Below the pieces are notes generated by a model that saw nothing but the letters and a program-made list of their open reading frames with translations, made no database searches and was not told where the DNA came from. A program made the position numbers and the translations under genes. From Basidiobolus meristosporus CBS 931.73 (taxonomy: Eukaryota > Fungi > Basidiobolomycota), in contig MCFE01000150.1 of assembly GCA_002104905.1 (NCBI GenBank), positions 1 to 64,000 of the forward strand: DNA of 64,000 bases. The letters run 5' to 3'. Below are positions 13,280 to 25,753 of this stretch, in pieces. Each line of letters opens with the position of its first letter. Position 1 is the first letter of the stretch.

Positions 13280-15166
13280 CTAATCCAGGACAGATGTTTC
13301 TTCCGGAACACCCTGCCTGATATCCAAGTCGTAGGAGGCTTTCGTGTTTGATATCAACAAGTTCTTTTCGTTAGCCAAGTGCAGTAAACAGATGAAGCAG
13401 AAAGATACAGAGATGTCGTTCCTTTTTTTCTCGGGGTAGATTCGCTTTAAACCTTTAACAACGTCGGTGAACTTCTTGGTTCCCTCAAACTGGCTCGTCT
13501 CCAGGTTTTCTATGGACTCGTTCGTCCCAGTTTCGTTGGTCGCCAACTCCTTCCAGATGCTTCCCTTCAGTTTTTTGATGTCCACTTTTTTGGCGGTCCT
13601 AGCGTAGTGCAGGTATTCGGCTTTACGAAGTATGGGTTGAGCGAAAACCAGGCCACCAAGGTCGGTCCCAGTCTCAGCGTCAGCATTGTTGGCGAAGCTT
13701 GTAGCCACCTGAGCTTCAACTTGGCTCTTTACCTCAGCTGTTAGCTCAACACCCCTATCTTCCTCAAAGAGCTTGACTGTTTGAGGCCTAGTGAACAAGG
13801 AAAGGATATTTCGAGAAGAAAATTGAATATCTTCAGGGAGAAGGGTCCTGGTAGCAGCTTCTGCCGACGGTTTTGCTGGTACTTTGTGGACTAGTGGGAC
13901 AAACAGCTCGTCCTGGTCGATCTCGTCAGAACTTCTGAAGTCTATATAGAATGGCTGCTTCTTGCTCTTCCTATCCACAGTCTCACCGGTGGGATTAGCC
14001 TTCTCAGACGAAACACGTGCCAGCCTCCAGTGCTCTGGCCCGGCCCAATTCGCCATAAAAGCAGTGTCAAAGTAGGAATAGATGTTTTCATCACTCTCCG
14101 CAATCGGAACCGCATCAGCCTCGAAATACCTTTGGTTTCTTACGCCCGTATCCCTGAAATCAACCGGACCCACAGCATCATAGCAGTCATCGAGGTCGCT
14201 ACCCTCATTGTCGTAGAAACCCTCCATCACCTCCTGGAGGACGGAGAGATTCGGGGATATTTCCGAAGCCAACTCAAAATCTTGAAGCGAGGGGCATATT
14301 TCTTGGATGAAGAAACCATCAAGATCACTCAAGAACTTGCTGCGCAGCGAAAGAATATCAACCTCCGTGGAATGTGAGACTAGCCCGAGATCGCATTTGA
14401 ACATAGTGTCATCGCTAGCATCGAAAATGATTCGACCATTGCTGCACACACCAAGATGGTTCAGCAACAAACCGCGAGCTCCACCCTCGGTGTAATCTGC
14501 CAAGGTTTTCTTGAATAACGGATCGATGGAACGCGCTAGCTCGAGATGCTTTAAGGTCAATGAAGACAGCTCATTGGCCAATGTATGGTCGTTTCGTGAT
14601 GACCTCTTGGTCCGTTTGACTCCGATTTCATGACTGTTAACCCTGAACTCTCTGGGAGGTACACTGACGCTTTCCGTCAATCCGCTGAGGAGTTTCACGG
14701 CTTCTGTGGCCACCGAATCTACTCTAGAGGTGTATATCTTCATACAGCCGTCTAGTGCGCATGACGCTTTCTGAAAATTCACCGTCTCACCATCTTTTAA
14801 CACGGATAAGTCGTAAAAGTAATCGATGAGTGCCAAGTCCCATGAATTGCTCGGGCTAATTTTGTTGTCCGCCACAATCTTCATCCACTCCTCATAGCGT
14901 TGAGCAATTTCCTCCGCTGAAGGTCTCTGAACGACAAGCATAGGGCTGTGAATCAACGTGGTTCGTCGTTGTCGTAGATTCCCCGATGGCTTCGAAACCA
15001 TTTGCTCGGATGCTATCTTCAGCATGGTGCTACGTCTTCTCAGGGTGGTCAGCTCCGTTTTACGATGTTTGGGTGTTTCCAATAAAGATTTTTTACGTAC
15101 ATCTCGTTCAATGGTCCTCTCTTTCGGCCCTCGGGTCATCCTCGTTGGAGTAATTGGCAGCAACAT
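13280..15166 (-). CDS. BRN1: Condensin complex subunit 2 (barren / CAP-H kleisin), intronless
   Basis: NSWDLALIDYF, NFQKASCALDGCMKIYTSRVDSV, WAGPEHW, YARTAKKVDIKKLK and ISVSFCFICLLHLANEK. The ORF-track start at 15208 is TTG; the first ATG is at 15166. Confidence 0.95.
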   Translation of the reverse strand: MLLPITPTRMTRGPKERTIERDVRKKSLLETPKHRKTELTTLRRRSTMLKIASEQMVSKPSGNLRQRRTTLIHSPMLVVQRPSAEEIAQRYEEWMKIVADNKISPSNSWDLALIDYFYDLSVLKDGETVNFQKASCALDGCMKIYTSRVDSVATEAVKLLSGLTESVSVPPREFRVNSHEIGVKRTKRSSRNDHTLANELSSLTLKHLELARSIDPLFKKTLADYTEGGARGLLLNHLGVCSNGRIIFDASDDTMFKCDLGLVSHSTEVDILSLRSKFLSDLDGFFIQEICPSLQDFELASEISPNLSVLQEVMEGFYDNEGSDLDDCYDAVGPVDFRDTGVRNQRYFEADAVPIAESDENIYSYFDTAFMANWAGPEHWRLARVSSEKANPTGETVDRKSKKQPFYIDFRSSDEIDQDELFVPLVHKVPAKPSAEAATRTLLPEDIQFSSRNILSLFTRPQTVKLFEEDRGVELTAEVKSQVEAQVATSFANNADAETGTDLGGLVFAQPILRKAEYLHYARTAKKVDIKKLKGSIWKELATNETGTNESIENLETSQFEGTKKFTDVVKGLKRIYPEKKRNDISVSFCFICLLHLANEKNLLISNTKASYDLDIRQGVPEETSVLD

Positions 15167-15868
15167 TAGACTAGCGGAAGATGCAATGGAGGAAATAAGA
15201 TGGATCAACAGATCCGGTCATTAATATAGCGTTAAGATACAGACGGTGCTGTTCTCCGTACAACATGTAGCCAACCCCAAATCTAATATTCAGGTCGTGG
15301 ATGCTCGAATCACGATAGCAAACCTCATGTTGGCCCTTCAGCATTAATATTTCGCATCCAGTAAGCTAATAGAGAAGCAGTGAAAGGTGGTGATCATCCC
15401 AGCGAAGAGCTTCTCAATTACCCACAAGACGATCTGATCTTCTGGATATCCTTCTCTATTGCCCGCATCGACAACCTCATCATGATTTGCGCTTACTGCA
15501 GCGAAAAAAGGATGGAGATGGGGGCCTGCGGCCTCTACATCATTGGCTACGAGTCACCGGGAGGTCACAACCATAAGAGTATAGTCGTTGATTGAAGAAA
15601 TAACCTGCATGGCGACCGCAACCAACCACTGCCAGACACCTAATGCGCCGAAGTGATGGGCGCCTCTCTCGACTGTGGATCATGAACCTTGATGCGCTAA
15701 TGAAAGCATTCATGAGTCTCAATCAATGGCCCGACACCGGTGCCAGAGGAGGTCCATCATCCTGGACGTAACAAGGGTGGAGTTAATGGAAATTGCGACG
15801 TTTTATTGATATAAATCCATTGCAACAGCGGCTCCAACCTACACGCACCCCGGGCGGCTTACAAGCAT

Positions 15869-17641
15869 TCAATCCAACTTTTTGTGGCGTACCAAACTGT
15901 TCATCGACTGAAGGAATTGATATTCTTTCTGATAGATCACTACAACGACTACGCCCAGACACAGGACACCAACCGAAATATGCTGGACCTTGTCCAACAT
16001 AGTAGTCCATCCTATCCTGGTCTTCGAAATGTTGGTAACTGCCCAGGAGCCTACGAATGCAGCGCACACATATGGTGAAGGAAGTGTATTTCCAAAGCTC
16101 AACATGCTCTGGATTTCCGAGTGTTTCTGTGGATGATATTCTTTGTAGAATCTGTGGATGAAATCCCAGGCCCAAGCAATCCTCATAGCCAAGTTGAAGC
16201 AATTGGCTAGAACGAGACCTACGGCACCAGCTGCAAGGAACTTCATAAACACCACTCCTGCTGTGATGAATCCAACGGAGAACCCTATCATCGCTTTGTT
16301 ATGGCGTGAAATTTCTGATGGGTTAGCCACCGCCTGTACGAATGATTCGACAATACCGTTAACTCCCATAATTGGCACATAAATGCAATAAAATGCCAAC
16401 ACTCGAGGCGCAGGTGTACTTGACCAAGTGGCACCAGCCAGCATATCAATAAGTATGTGAGTGTAATTGCTTCCAAAGGCAATGAAGAAACCGCCCAGTA
16501 TGATATGGAACTTTATCATGGTCGCCAGGATACGTGCCGATAGAACTGATGGTGAGAAGCCGGAATTGGCTGGCTCGCTTCCATTCAGTAGCCGTGAGAA
16601 GAAAAGACGAGCTGTCTCCTCTACTGGTTGAAACAGAATGCGCGGAACGAGAGAGCCATAGTTGAAGACGAAGGCGTAGATACCCTGATCGTAGGGGATG
16701 CTCAACCATGAAGTCAACATTTTGTCCCCTTCGGTGAGAACGTGCTTCAACAACGATTGCTTAGTCAATGTAAGGCCGAGTTTTGCTTGGTCAGGATCGA
16801 AGTACTGTGATGTAGGATGATCATGTACGGTACGAGTAATTGGCCGTGGCAGGAATTGACTAAGTCTGTCAGTGATTGAACCTTTTGTTGAAGAGGGACT
16901 GAACGGATGGGCGAGAAAATACTTTACATAACCAACAAGTAAAATGGTCGAGTAGCAGAGCTGCGCGATAGCAAACGATAGAATCCCAAAAACGTTTTCA
17001 CCTTGCTGGGCTCCTTGGCGCGATGTAATGTATGCACCCAAAATAGTCAAGGACAAGGTTATGACACATCGTGTAATGACTGCAGAGCCTTCAAGTGAAA
17101 CTCTGAGCTTAAACAAAAGCTTGTTTTGTGCGATGATATATAGAGGCTCAAAAAGCAGCTCTATAACGGACGATAACCCATACAGAGCTACACATAACCC
17201 ATAATAAGGGAAATTTAACGATATTGGATCGGCAGTGTAGAGATAATAATAGTAGCTTAGGAATGCAACCAACGTTCCCAGAGGCAATGGAAGGTATGCC
17301 AGATTCAGAACAAGTTGATTCTTCTGACTGTCATTCAGCTTCTCTTTTTCGCCAACTGATTCTTCACTTTCGTCATTTCGCAGTAAAGCGCAACGGACCC
17401 CTTCTCGAGTTAGGAAAAGTATTGTAGCAATCAGAAGCTCGAGCTGTACATATGCAATCCCTAGCGATGTTGGAGTAGTGAAACGAAGCAGAATCTGATT
17501 AAGTAGGAATGTAAGCATACGCGATACTAGCTGTAGCGAGACTAAATATGAAGCCCCTGTAACTGTTGATGATAAAATATCATTCTGTGTGTTTGAAGAG
17601 GATGCCTCAGCTTTTGGGACTTCTTTTTGAGGATTCGACAT
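15869..17641 (-). CDS. RFT1: Man5GlcNAc2-PP-dolichol translocation protein Rft1, intronless
   Basis: QLVSRMLTFLLNQ, LFLTREGVRCALLR, LLKHVLTEGDK, NYGSLVPRILFQPVEE and MGVNGIVESF; multiple TM segments. Confidence 0.95.
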   Translation of the reverse strand: MSNPQKEVPKAEASSSNTQNDILSSTVTGASYLVSLQLVSRMLTFLLNQILLRFTTPTSLGIAYVQLELLIATILFLTREGVRCALLRNDESEESVGEKEKLNDSQKNQLVLNLAYLPLPLGTLVAFLSYYYYLYTADPISLNFPYYGLCVALYGLSSVIELLFEPLYIIAQNKLLFKLRVSLEGSAVITRCVITLSLTILGAYITSRQGAQQGENVFGILSFAIAQLCYSTILLVGYVKYFLAHPFSPSSTKGSITDRLSQFLPRPITRTVHDHPTSQYFDPDQAKLGLTLTKQSLLKHVLTEGDKMLTSWLSIPYDQGIYAFVFNYGSLVPRILFQPVEETARLFFSRLLNGSEPANSGFSPSVLSARILATMIKFHIILGGFFIAFGSNYTHILIDMLAGATWSSTPAPRVLAFYCIYVPIMGVNGIVESFVQAVANPSEISRHNKAMIGFSVGFITAGVVFMKFLAAGAVGLVLANCFNLAMRIAWAWDFIHRFYKEYHPQKHSEIQSMLSFGNTLPSPYVCAAFVGSWAVTNISKTRIGWTTMLDKVQHISVGVLCLGVVVVVIYQKEYQFLQSMNSLVRHKKLD

Positions 17642-18277
17642 CTTTAGAGCTGCGTGCTACTTGTGCCTGCAGGTAGTGATATGCCAAAGCTAAGATACGT
17701 GACGTTTGGCAATATCACTTTATATAGTTTGATCGGATTTCATGTTTGACCAATCATCTAGCTAAACGAACCATCAGGTTGGTTGCAAGCTGTTAATCAT
17801 TATATGATATCCTAGAAATTCTACCTGACGTCATACACTCAATTTTTACAATTATGATACCGTCAATATCTAGTTTAACACTTGCTCGCTAAACAGCGAT
17901 TCTCAATCTGATCTAAGCATCTAACACGCTTTATATTGGATATGAAAGTGCGACATGTGCTTCAATCTGTTCTGTTCGATTCGACGTTCAACGTTATGGA
18001 AGTCCAACATGAATATTACCAAGTGTTAACTTGAATCGACTGGTAAAATAACAAATGATGTACCACATGCTTTTATGCAATATCGCTTACATTTGTGGGC
18101 ATATCTATATATGAAATGACTTGGCTGCAGAATCATTTGTTATCGGTGCACAATTTGAGAAACATGATATCTTTGCTTACTGAGCCCAAGAATGGCTATT
18201 CTGTTAGTATACCTTATAAGAGTGAGATTGATAACAGTATTAGCAGAAATCTAATACTTCACTGTACGGTGTTGCAA

Positions 18278-19201
18278 TTAAACTAATTCATTTTCTGCAA
18301 ATTTCCGAAGTTGTAACGCGCTTCCACGAACAGATTCCCATTTATTATTAAGTGCAGTGTCTCGTTCATCAAGATTCACTTGAGCCTGATGAAAATCCAT
18401 AAAGATCTCTTCCTTGAATGTATCATTTGCCCTATTAATAGGGTAATATTAGTATTATAATGAGCTAATGGATGCAATCACTTACTTGATTAAAGAAATC
18501 ATTTTTGTGAAGGACTCCTGAAACAAAGATTCCAATTCTGTAAAGCATGAGATGTTTGCTTTGGTGCAAGTGACTGAATAGATGATGAAAAGTTATTCAA
18601 CCATTACCTTGAATTTTTTGCTTGACACTTTCAGTAGTAGTTCTTATGGAAGTTTCGTTATGGCTTATGCGATTAGTTTGAGCCCGTTCTGTTGGATTGC
18701 TTTGTTCGATGGAGCTATGCTCTTCAAAATGCTCATCTCCCTCACCTTGTATATCATCCATGGGAGTAAAAGCATCTTCAGGCCCTTCGAAGAAAGTATC
18801 TTCATCAATGGCAATCGTCTCAACATTGAACTGTTAATTTGGATGAGTAATGAATATTCAACACTACAGTATTGTACCTCAAGGTCAATTTCAAAATGAT
18901 CTTCTAGGGGTTGAGTTATTTCATTCTTTGCAGCCACTTTTTTAGGTATTGGGGGAAGAAACAGATTTTTCACTTTATGGCCTTCTTCGGTAGATTTGGG
19001 GGCTTGAGTTAACGCCAGATCCAGCTCGTACGCCTCAATATCATCCTTTCTCACTCGTTTATTACGCTCCTTTGTCTGATTTTTCTCGTGTGTTTTAGAC
19101 TTTTCGGAAGCAGGTGAGGTAGAGGGCCTCTGAATTTTGGATAAATTTTTTAGACCTATAGGTATCCCACTAATCGTCACAGGTTCTAAAGTCTTGGACA
19201 T
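18278..19201 (-). CDS. Hypothetical protein, 4 exons, basic/acidic low-complexity N-terminus and C-terminal coiled coil
   Basis: Three GT-AG introns join in frame: MSKTLEP...EIDLE|FNVETI...KQKIQ|ELESLFQ...SLIK|ANDTFKEEIF...ENELV*. Confidence 0.7.
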
Positions 19202-19620
19202 TTTTAGAATGAAGGTTCTATCAAGTTGCAGAAACACAGGGTTCCTGCTTTAAATCTAAATATTTCACCTTATATGCACCGTTTAAATTCAATGCTATCT
19301 AGTCTCGAAGTGGAACTTGTTTCAGCTTGTTGAAAATAGCATATAATCACAGTTGAGCTCATCATGATTCACACAGGCCTCACTTATTCCAAGTCCCAGG
19401 GTTCAGAGTGATCAACACACACCAACAGTATTCTTTGAGAGTAATTGGGAAGATTTAAAATTTATGTCTATTGATAATGTGAATGAAGTTCATAAACACA
19501 AACGTACAGTGCTTGACCAAAGAGTCTAAAAACAAACAACACGAAGGTCCTCCAATTTGATTGAAAAGAAACGAACAAATCGTATATATTCACGTTTTCC
19601 GAAATGAGATTAATTACGAA

Positions 19621-21033
<1,413 letters not shown>

Positions 21034-21660
21034 TGTCTATTTCTCGGATCTACAAGCAACGGGAAAAGAAGGTGCTCTTTGGCTTGACCACTAAATTATC
21101 AAGAAAACATTTTTATACCAGCCACTTTTTTTTTATTTAGTTTCCAAGCGAGGACCATCGATATTGAATATGCCAATTACCAATTACTGGCGAATCTCTA
21201 GTGGGTCAAGAAAAAAAATGGCATCTCATTATTGATTTGAAGTAGTACTGAATCATATTCTTATAGCGAAATTGAATTCAGGTGGCCACACGAACTGATT
21301 TCCACTTTGAATACCAGAATGGATTCGGTCAAGTAGCAGGAGATGTGTTGTAATAGATATTGATCCAGGCGTTAATTTGGTAAACGCCGGGTGTATCGTT
21401 AATATTGAAGTACCTGAAGTTAGGTCGAAAAGTCCTCATTCTCTTTATATCACTACAGCCCGAGTGGTGGAAGTATGTTATTATAAACGCGATGAAAATG
21501 GCTGCATAGCAGCTCCTAGTTGACTAATCTTCATGAATTTGCGTAGGTTTAATGGTTTGAGCGAACACCTAATTTTGGGTTCCTATCTGTTTACACTGTA
21601 TTAGAGCCATATCCTACACAGCCACAACGATGGGCGGGGTTGGCCTGAACAGTAACCAGC

Positions 21661-22902
21661 TCAGAGTAGCCGTTTCCTTTTTTTCTTTGGCGTATCATGC
21701 TCTTTTATCAGACGCTTCTGCAACTCTCGTCTTCTGGCGATTTCTTGTTCCTTATTATCTACAACTCTCTTCGTTGACTAAAGATATAGTTTTGACTTTG
21801 CAAAGAGTACATATAGCTGGATAACTAATACCTTGATTGGGGTGATGGTGTGCCTTGTATGTTCTTCAACTTGTGAGGCTGTCTGCAAATCCTCAATTGG
21901 AGTTGAATGGGCAGGGAAAAGTTGTGTCCCTAATTACGATTGGTTAGCAGCACTTTAATGATCGTATATACATCCTTGGAGACATAGTAACCATCTTGGG
22001 TCTCGCTTCCCAGCACAACCTCAACTTTTTCTGTTGTCTTTCGTTCAAAACCACTTTTCAAAAGCTGATATTCCTGCTTCAAAATGAGGTTAGTTTAGGG
22101 CGTTGGTTCTCTAACAAGGCTCTATCGTTGGCGTACCAATAGTGATGGAGAGGGGTAATCTATTATATTAAGACCAGTGTCAGATACATAAGTGTAGGGT
22201 AAGCTTTAAAGGTGAGAAACCCAATCAAACCAAACCTCACCTTGAATTGAGGCTATGTCCTGTGCCCTTCCTGGTTGCACCTGAAAGATTTCTACTGATC
22301 TCTTGGCTGACACTAGAGCGGGCAGAATAAATTGGTTGTATACGAGAGCACTGCTCTCTGCACGTGGTAATTCGGCGCATTCAAAAATCCATCTCAAGAG
22401 AACAAAACGATTCATCTTCGCTGAGAATTCCAGAATTAACTAAAAATTGAGCCTGGAATAAATAACTGTCCCCAAACCAAGTCATGCCGAGGAAAAACGA
22501 GTCATACTTTATGTGGACTCGCCTTTAGAAAACAAGCTAGACCAAGCTTGTCCGGATTGAGCAAATCGTTTAATAATTTAAGAAAGGAAGCTCGCTTCGT
22601 TTGTGTGTCTAGTTCTATGTGCACATCGTGTTGCTGTGTCGGAAAACTGATCAGAGGAGGGAAACGAATAGGCAGGCTTATATTCAATGGAGCACTTCAA
22701 TTACCTCCCCGCGTTTTAAAATACCTGTGCCCTCTAAAATCTCTTCCCAAACCTGCTGAGTTCTCAAGTTGACCACTTGGATCCGATACTGCGAATCATC
22801 AGTCGCAAATCTCACAAATAAATTAGAAAGGATGGCTCCTGATTCATCTGAAGCTTTGAAGAGACGCCAAGGCAACAAGTGAAAAGAATCTGGCACACTC
22901 AT
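21661..22902 (-). CDS. Candidate XLF/Cernunnos/Nej1 non-homologous end-joining factor, multi-exon
   Basis: Spliced reading: LLPWRLF...YRIQVVNLRTQQVWEEIL...LILEFSAKMNRFVLLRWIFEC...LVYNQFILPAL...; C-terminus RRRELQKRL...PKKKRKRLL*. It follows the XLF head/coiled-coil/basic-tail layout. Confidence 0.65.
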
Positions 22903-23557
22903 ATCTACGAGACACAGTTTTAAGTTCCCGTAGTAAAAACTCTGTTGCCCAAGTTGTGTCGATGGTAAATACAACCCATTGTTCTGTATGGCCAATGGAT
23001 GAAATCAAATTAATTTTCACCTAATCCCTGCAACAATAACATCACTTGGTGTCATTTGCACCAACACTGTCCGAAACACGCTGCCTGATTAGAAGGGCTC
23101 GGGTCGCTATACCATGATGGCAACATTTATCAGCCTGAAAGTTGCAGTTCTGCCGGTCTGGACTGCATGGTAGAACCCGACCGGTTCTTGTCGCGTGCTA
23201 ATTCTGGCCAAAGTGTACCCACGAATGGCCTTGCAAACCTAACGAACTACAGAAGCCGGAGTATCGCTGGTTTATTTTGCACCCGGTTATTCACGTCGAC
23301 AGCTGATTACTTCTATTTGAGCTTGGCTCGACCCCAACCACACTGTGGCATGACTTGAGCTAAATTTGGTTGAATGATATTGTTATTGTATGTAGTACTG
23401 GCAGTTGCTCAGAATATAAAGCACAAAATTCGAGGAAGTTTGCAAGAATAGCAGAATAGAGCGGTTTAAAGCAAAAGGAGCAGTTATTCCGACGAGGATT
23501 TGCTCGCGCTGATAAGATATATGACTTATTACATGTGTGAGGAAGCCGGGGGCCAGG

Positions 23558-24294
23558 TCAGTTGACAAGAACTGGATATTTCCCAACCCACTCGTGGCTT
23601 TCGAGGTTCTTGGTCACGAAATCACCTACATCCTCTCGTGAAATCAGATACCCGATAATGCCCTCGCCAACCTGATAGTTCCCAGTCTTCTCACCATTGG
23701 TGAGTAGTCCTGGCCGGACAATAATCCACTCTTTGATGATCCCTTTTTCACCAGCTTCCACTATGGCCTCCTCCATTTTCTTCTTGTCTTCATGAGGTAC
23801 AGCCAGCATCCAGTGGTAGAGTGGAAGAAACAGCAGAGGGATATCACGAGAATTAGAGATACCAGTGGTCGATAGGGCGATCAGCCTGGTTGGTGGGTTG
23901 GCAGCGGTGGAGATGGCAGAGATGATATTGGTGATTGCGTCCATGCATATGGTTGGATCGGAGAGGGTGGGCTTCAAAGGGTTGCTAAAATCCATCGCAC
24001 CGCCTATGGATGTTACAGGAGGGTTAGCAAGCAACAACAAATCACCGAGCATGTACGCTTACCGATCGCGCTTACAACGACCTGCTGCCCTTCAATAACC
24101 TCTTTCACCTTTTCGGTATCCTTTATGTTCCCCTCGACAATTCGAATCTTGGCTTTGTTCTCTGGGCCAAGCGAATCGAGTTTACTAGAGTCGCGAACGA
24201 GAACAGTAACGGTGTGGCCAGCTTCGATGGCGTTGACCAAGGCTGCTTTACCCGATCCACCGGTGGAACCAAAAATAACGACCTTCAGAGTCAT
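23558..24294 (-). CDS. NAD(P)H-binding flavin/biliverdin reductase B-like atypical SDR, 2 exons
   Basis: VVIFGSTGGSGK Rossmann motif, VTVLVRDSSKL, HWMLAVPHEDKKKME, WIIVRPGLLT and ISREDVGDF. Confidence 0.9.
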
Positions 24295-24737
24295 GGTGCT
24301 GGTAAAGGCTTGCTCGTTGCCCGCCTCCAAGCCATCTTGATATTAATATCACCTTTGGCTGCTGCGGAACTGTCTGAGTTGGCATGCGTCATACTATGTT
24401 TTCAGCCACCATGCATGGGCTACTCGCCAGTGCCAAGTAGAAAACCAGTTGTCGATTGTCACCCGATTGAGACCATTATGCGATGACACCACCGTTCCGG
24501 CAACCGCTCCTAATGGTCATTGCAGTGGGCTTCTACTCGACTAATCGGGCTATTTTGTGATGATAAATATATGACTGTTGATGGCGAATCATGGGGAATA
24601 CACATGGACAAATCGCGATAATTACAGCGAACGGTGGAAAAAACGGTATAAAAATATTTTTGGTCGCTTGATTTCACTCAAATATCGATAGATTGGTTCA
24701 TACCAGCCACCGTCTCTTGCACCCTCGTATCACAAGT

Positions 24738-25307
24738 ATGCCCACCGAGAAAGCTACATTCGCAGCCGGATGTTTTTGGGGAGTAGAGAAAGTGTTCCAA
24801 AGACACTTCAAGAAGGCCGGAATCACAACCAAGGTTGGCTATACCGGAGGCGTGACCCAGAATCCGGGCTACAAGCTGGTGTGCACCGGCAGCACTCAGC
24901 ATGCAGAAGCCATTGAGATCACTTTCGACCCTAGCCAGGTGACCTACGAAATCTTGACCGAATTCTTTTATCGTATGCATGATCCTACTACCGAGAACAG
25001 GCAGGGGCCTGATGTCGGTTCACAGTATCGCTCTGCCATCTTCTATCATTCTCCCGAACAAAAGGCTATAGCCGAAAGGGTTACGAAAGAGGTCCAAGAG
25101 CAGCATTACAAAGGGCAGCCTATTGCTACGCGTATTGTTCCTGCAGGGGAATTCTATGATGCGGAGGAATATCATCAAGAGTACTTGGAGAAGAATCCTG
25201 ATGGGTAACGTTTCACGGCCGATTATTGAATTACTGCTTGGTTGCTAACCTCGGAGTATGTCTTTGTTTCCAGCTACGAGTGTCCCACCCACTTTCTAAG
25301 ATGGTAG
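24738..25307 (+). CDS. MXR1: Peptide methionine sulfoxide reductase MsrA, 2 exons
   Basis: [23 protein letters not shown] and [15 protein letters not shown]|[10 protein letters not shown]. Confidence 0.96.
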
Positions 25308-25753
25308 GGCGTGCTTACCGTCGGACATATACAAGATACGACCAGAAGTGCTGATAAACCATCTCACCTTCATGGAGTATTTTGCATTTCTTTGGGTGAA
25401 TTGCGTACGCATTAACCAGCTGCGTGGCACACTGGACGCTATGTGTCTAGCTGGGTTTTCTCATAGTAAATCCCTTAGATATTCCATCATGATCCATGTT
25501 TAAGTTAAATAAAGATAGCGAGTCCAATAGAGAAGACATCAAGTAGCCAGATTTGGTCGCCGCATTCCAAGCAGATTGTTACAAGGGCACGCCAATAAGC
25601 TTTATTTAGATGATAATTTCCGATAGCGCAGCAAAGCCGGTAAACATTAGTTGCGATGCGTATGGTTAGTTGGTGGATAAACACAGGCTATATATTTTCA
25701 CTTCGAATTGCAAGCCATTCGTTGGCACTTCGCACGGAGGTGTGCGGGGGAAA

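Noticed and set aside
15250-15800. Possible small gene between BRN1 and RFT1
   Set aside because: GC-rich and coding-like, but no frame or splice model gave a recognisable product.
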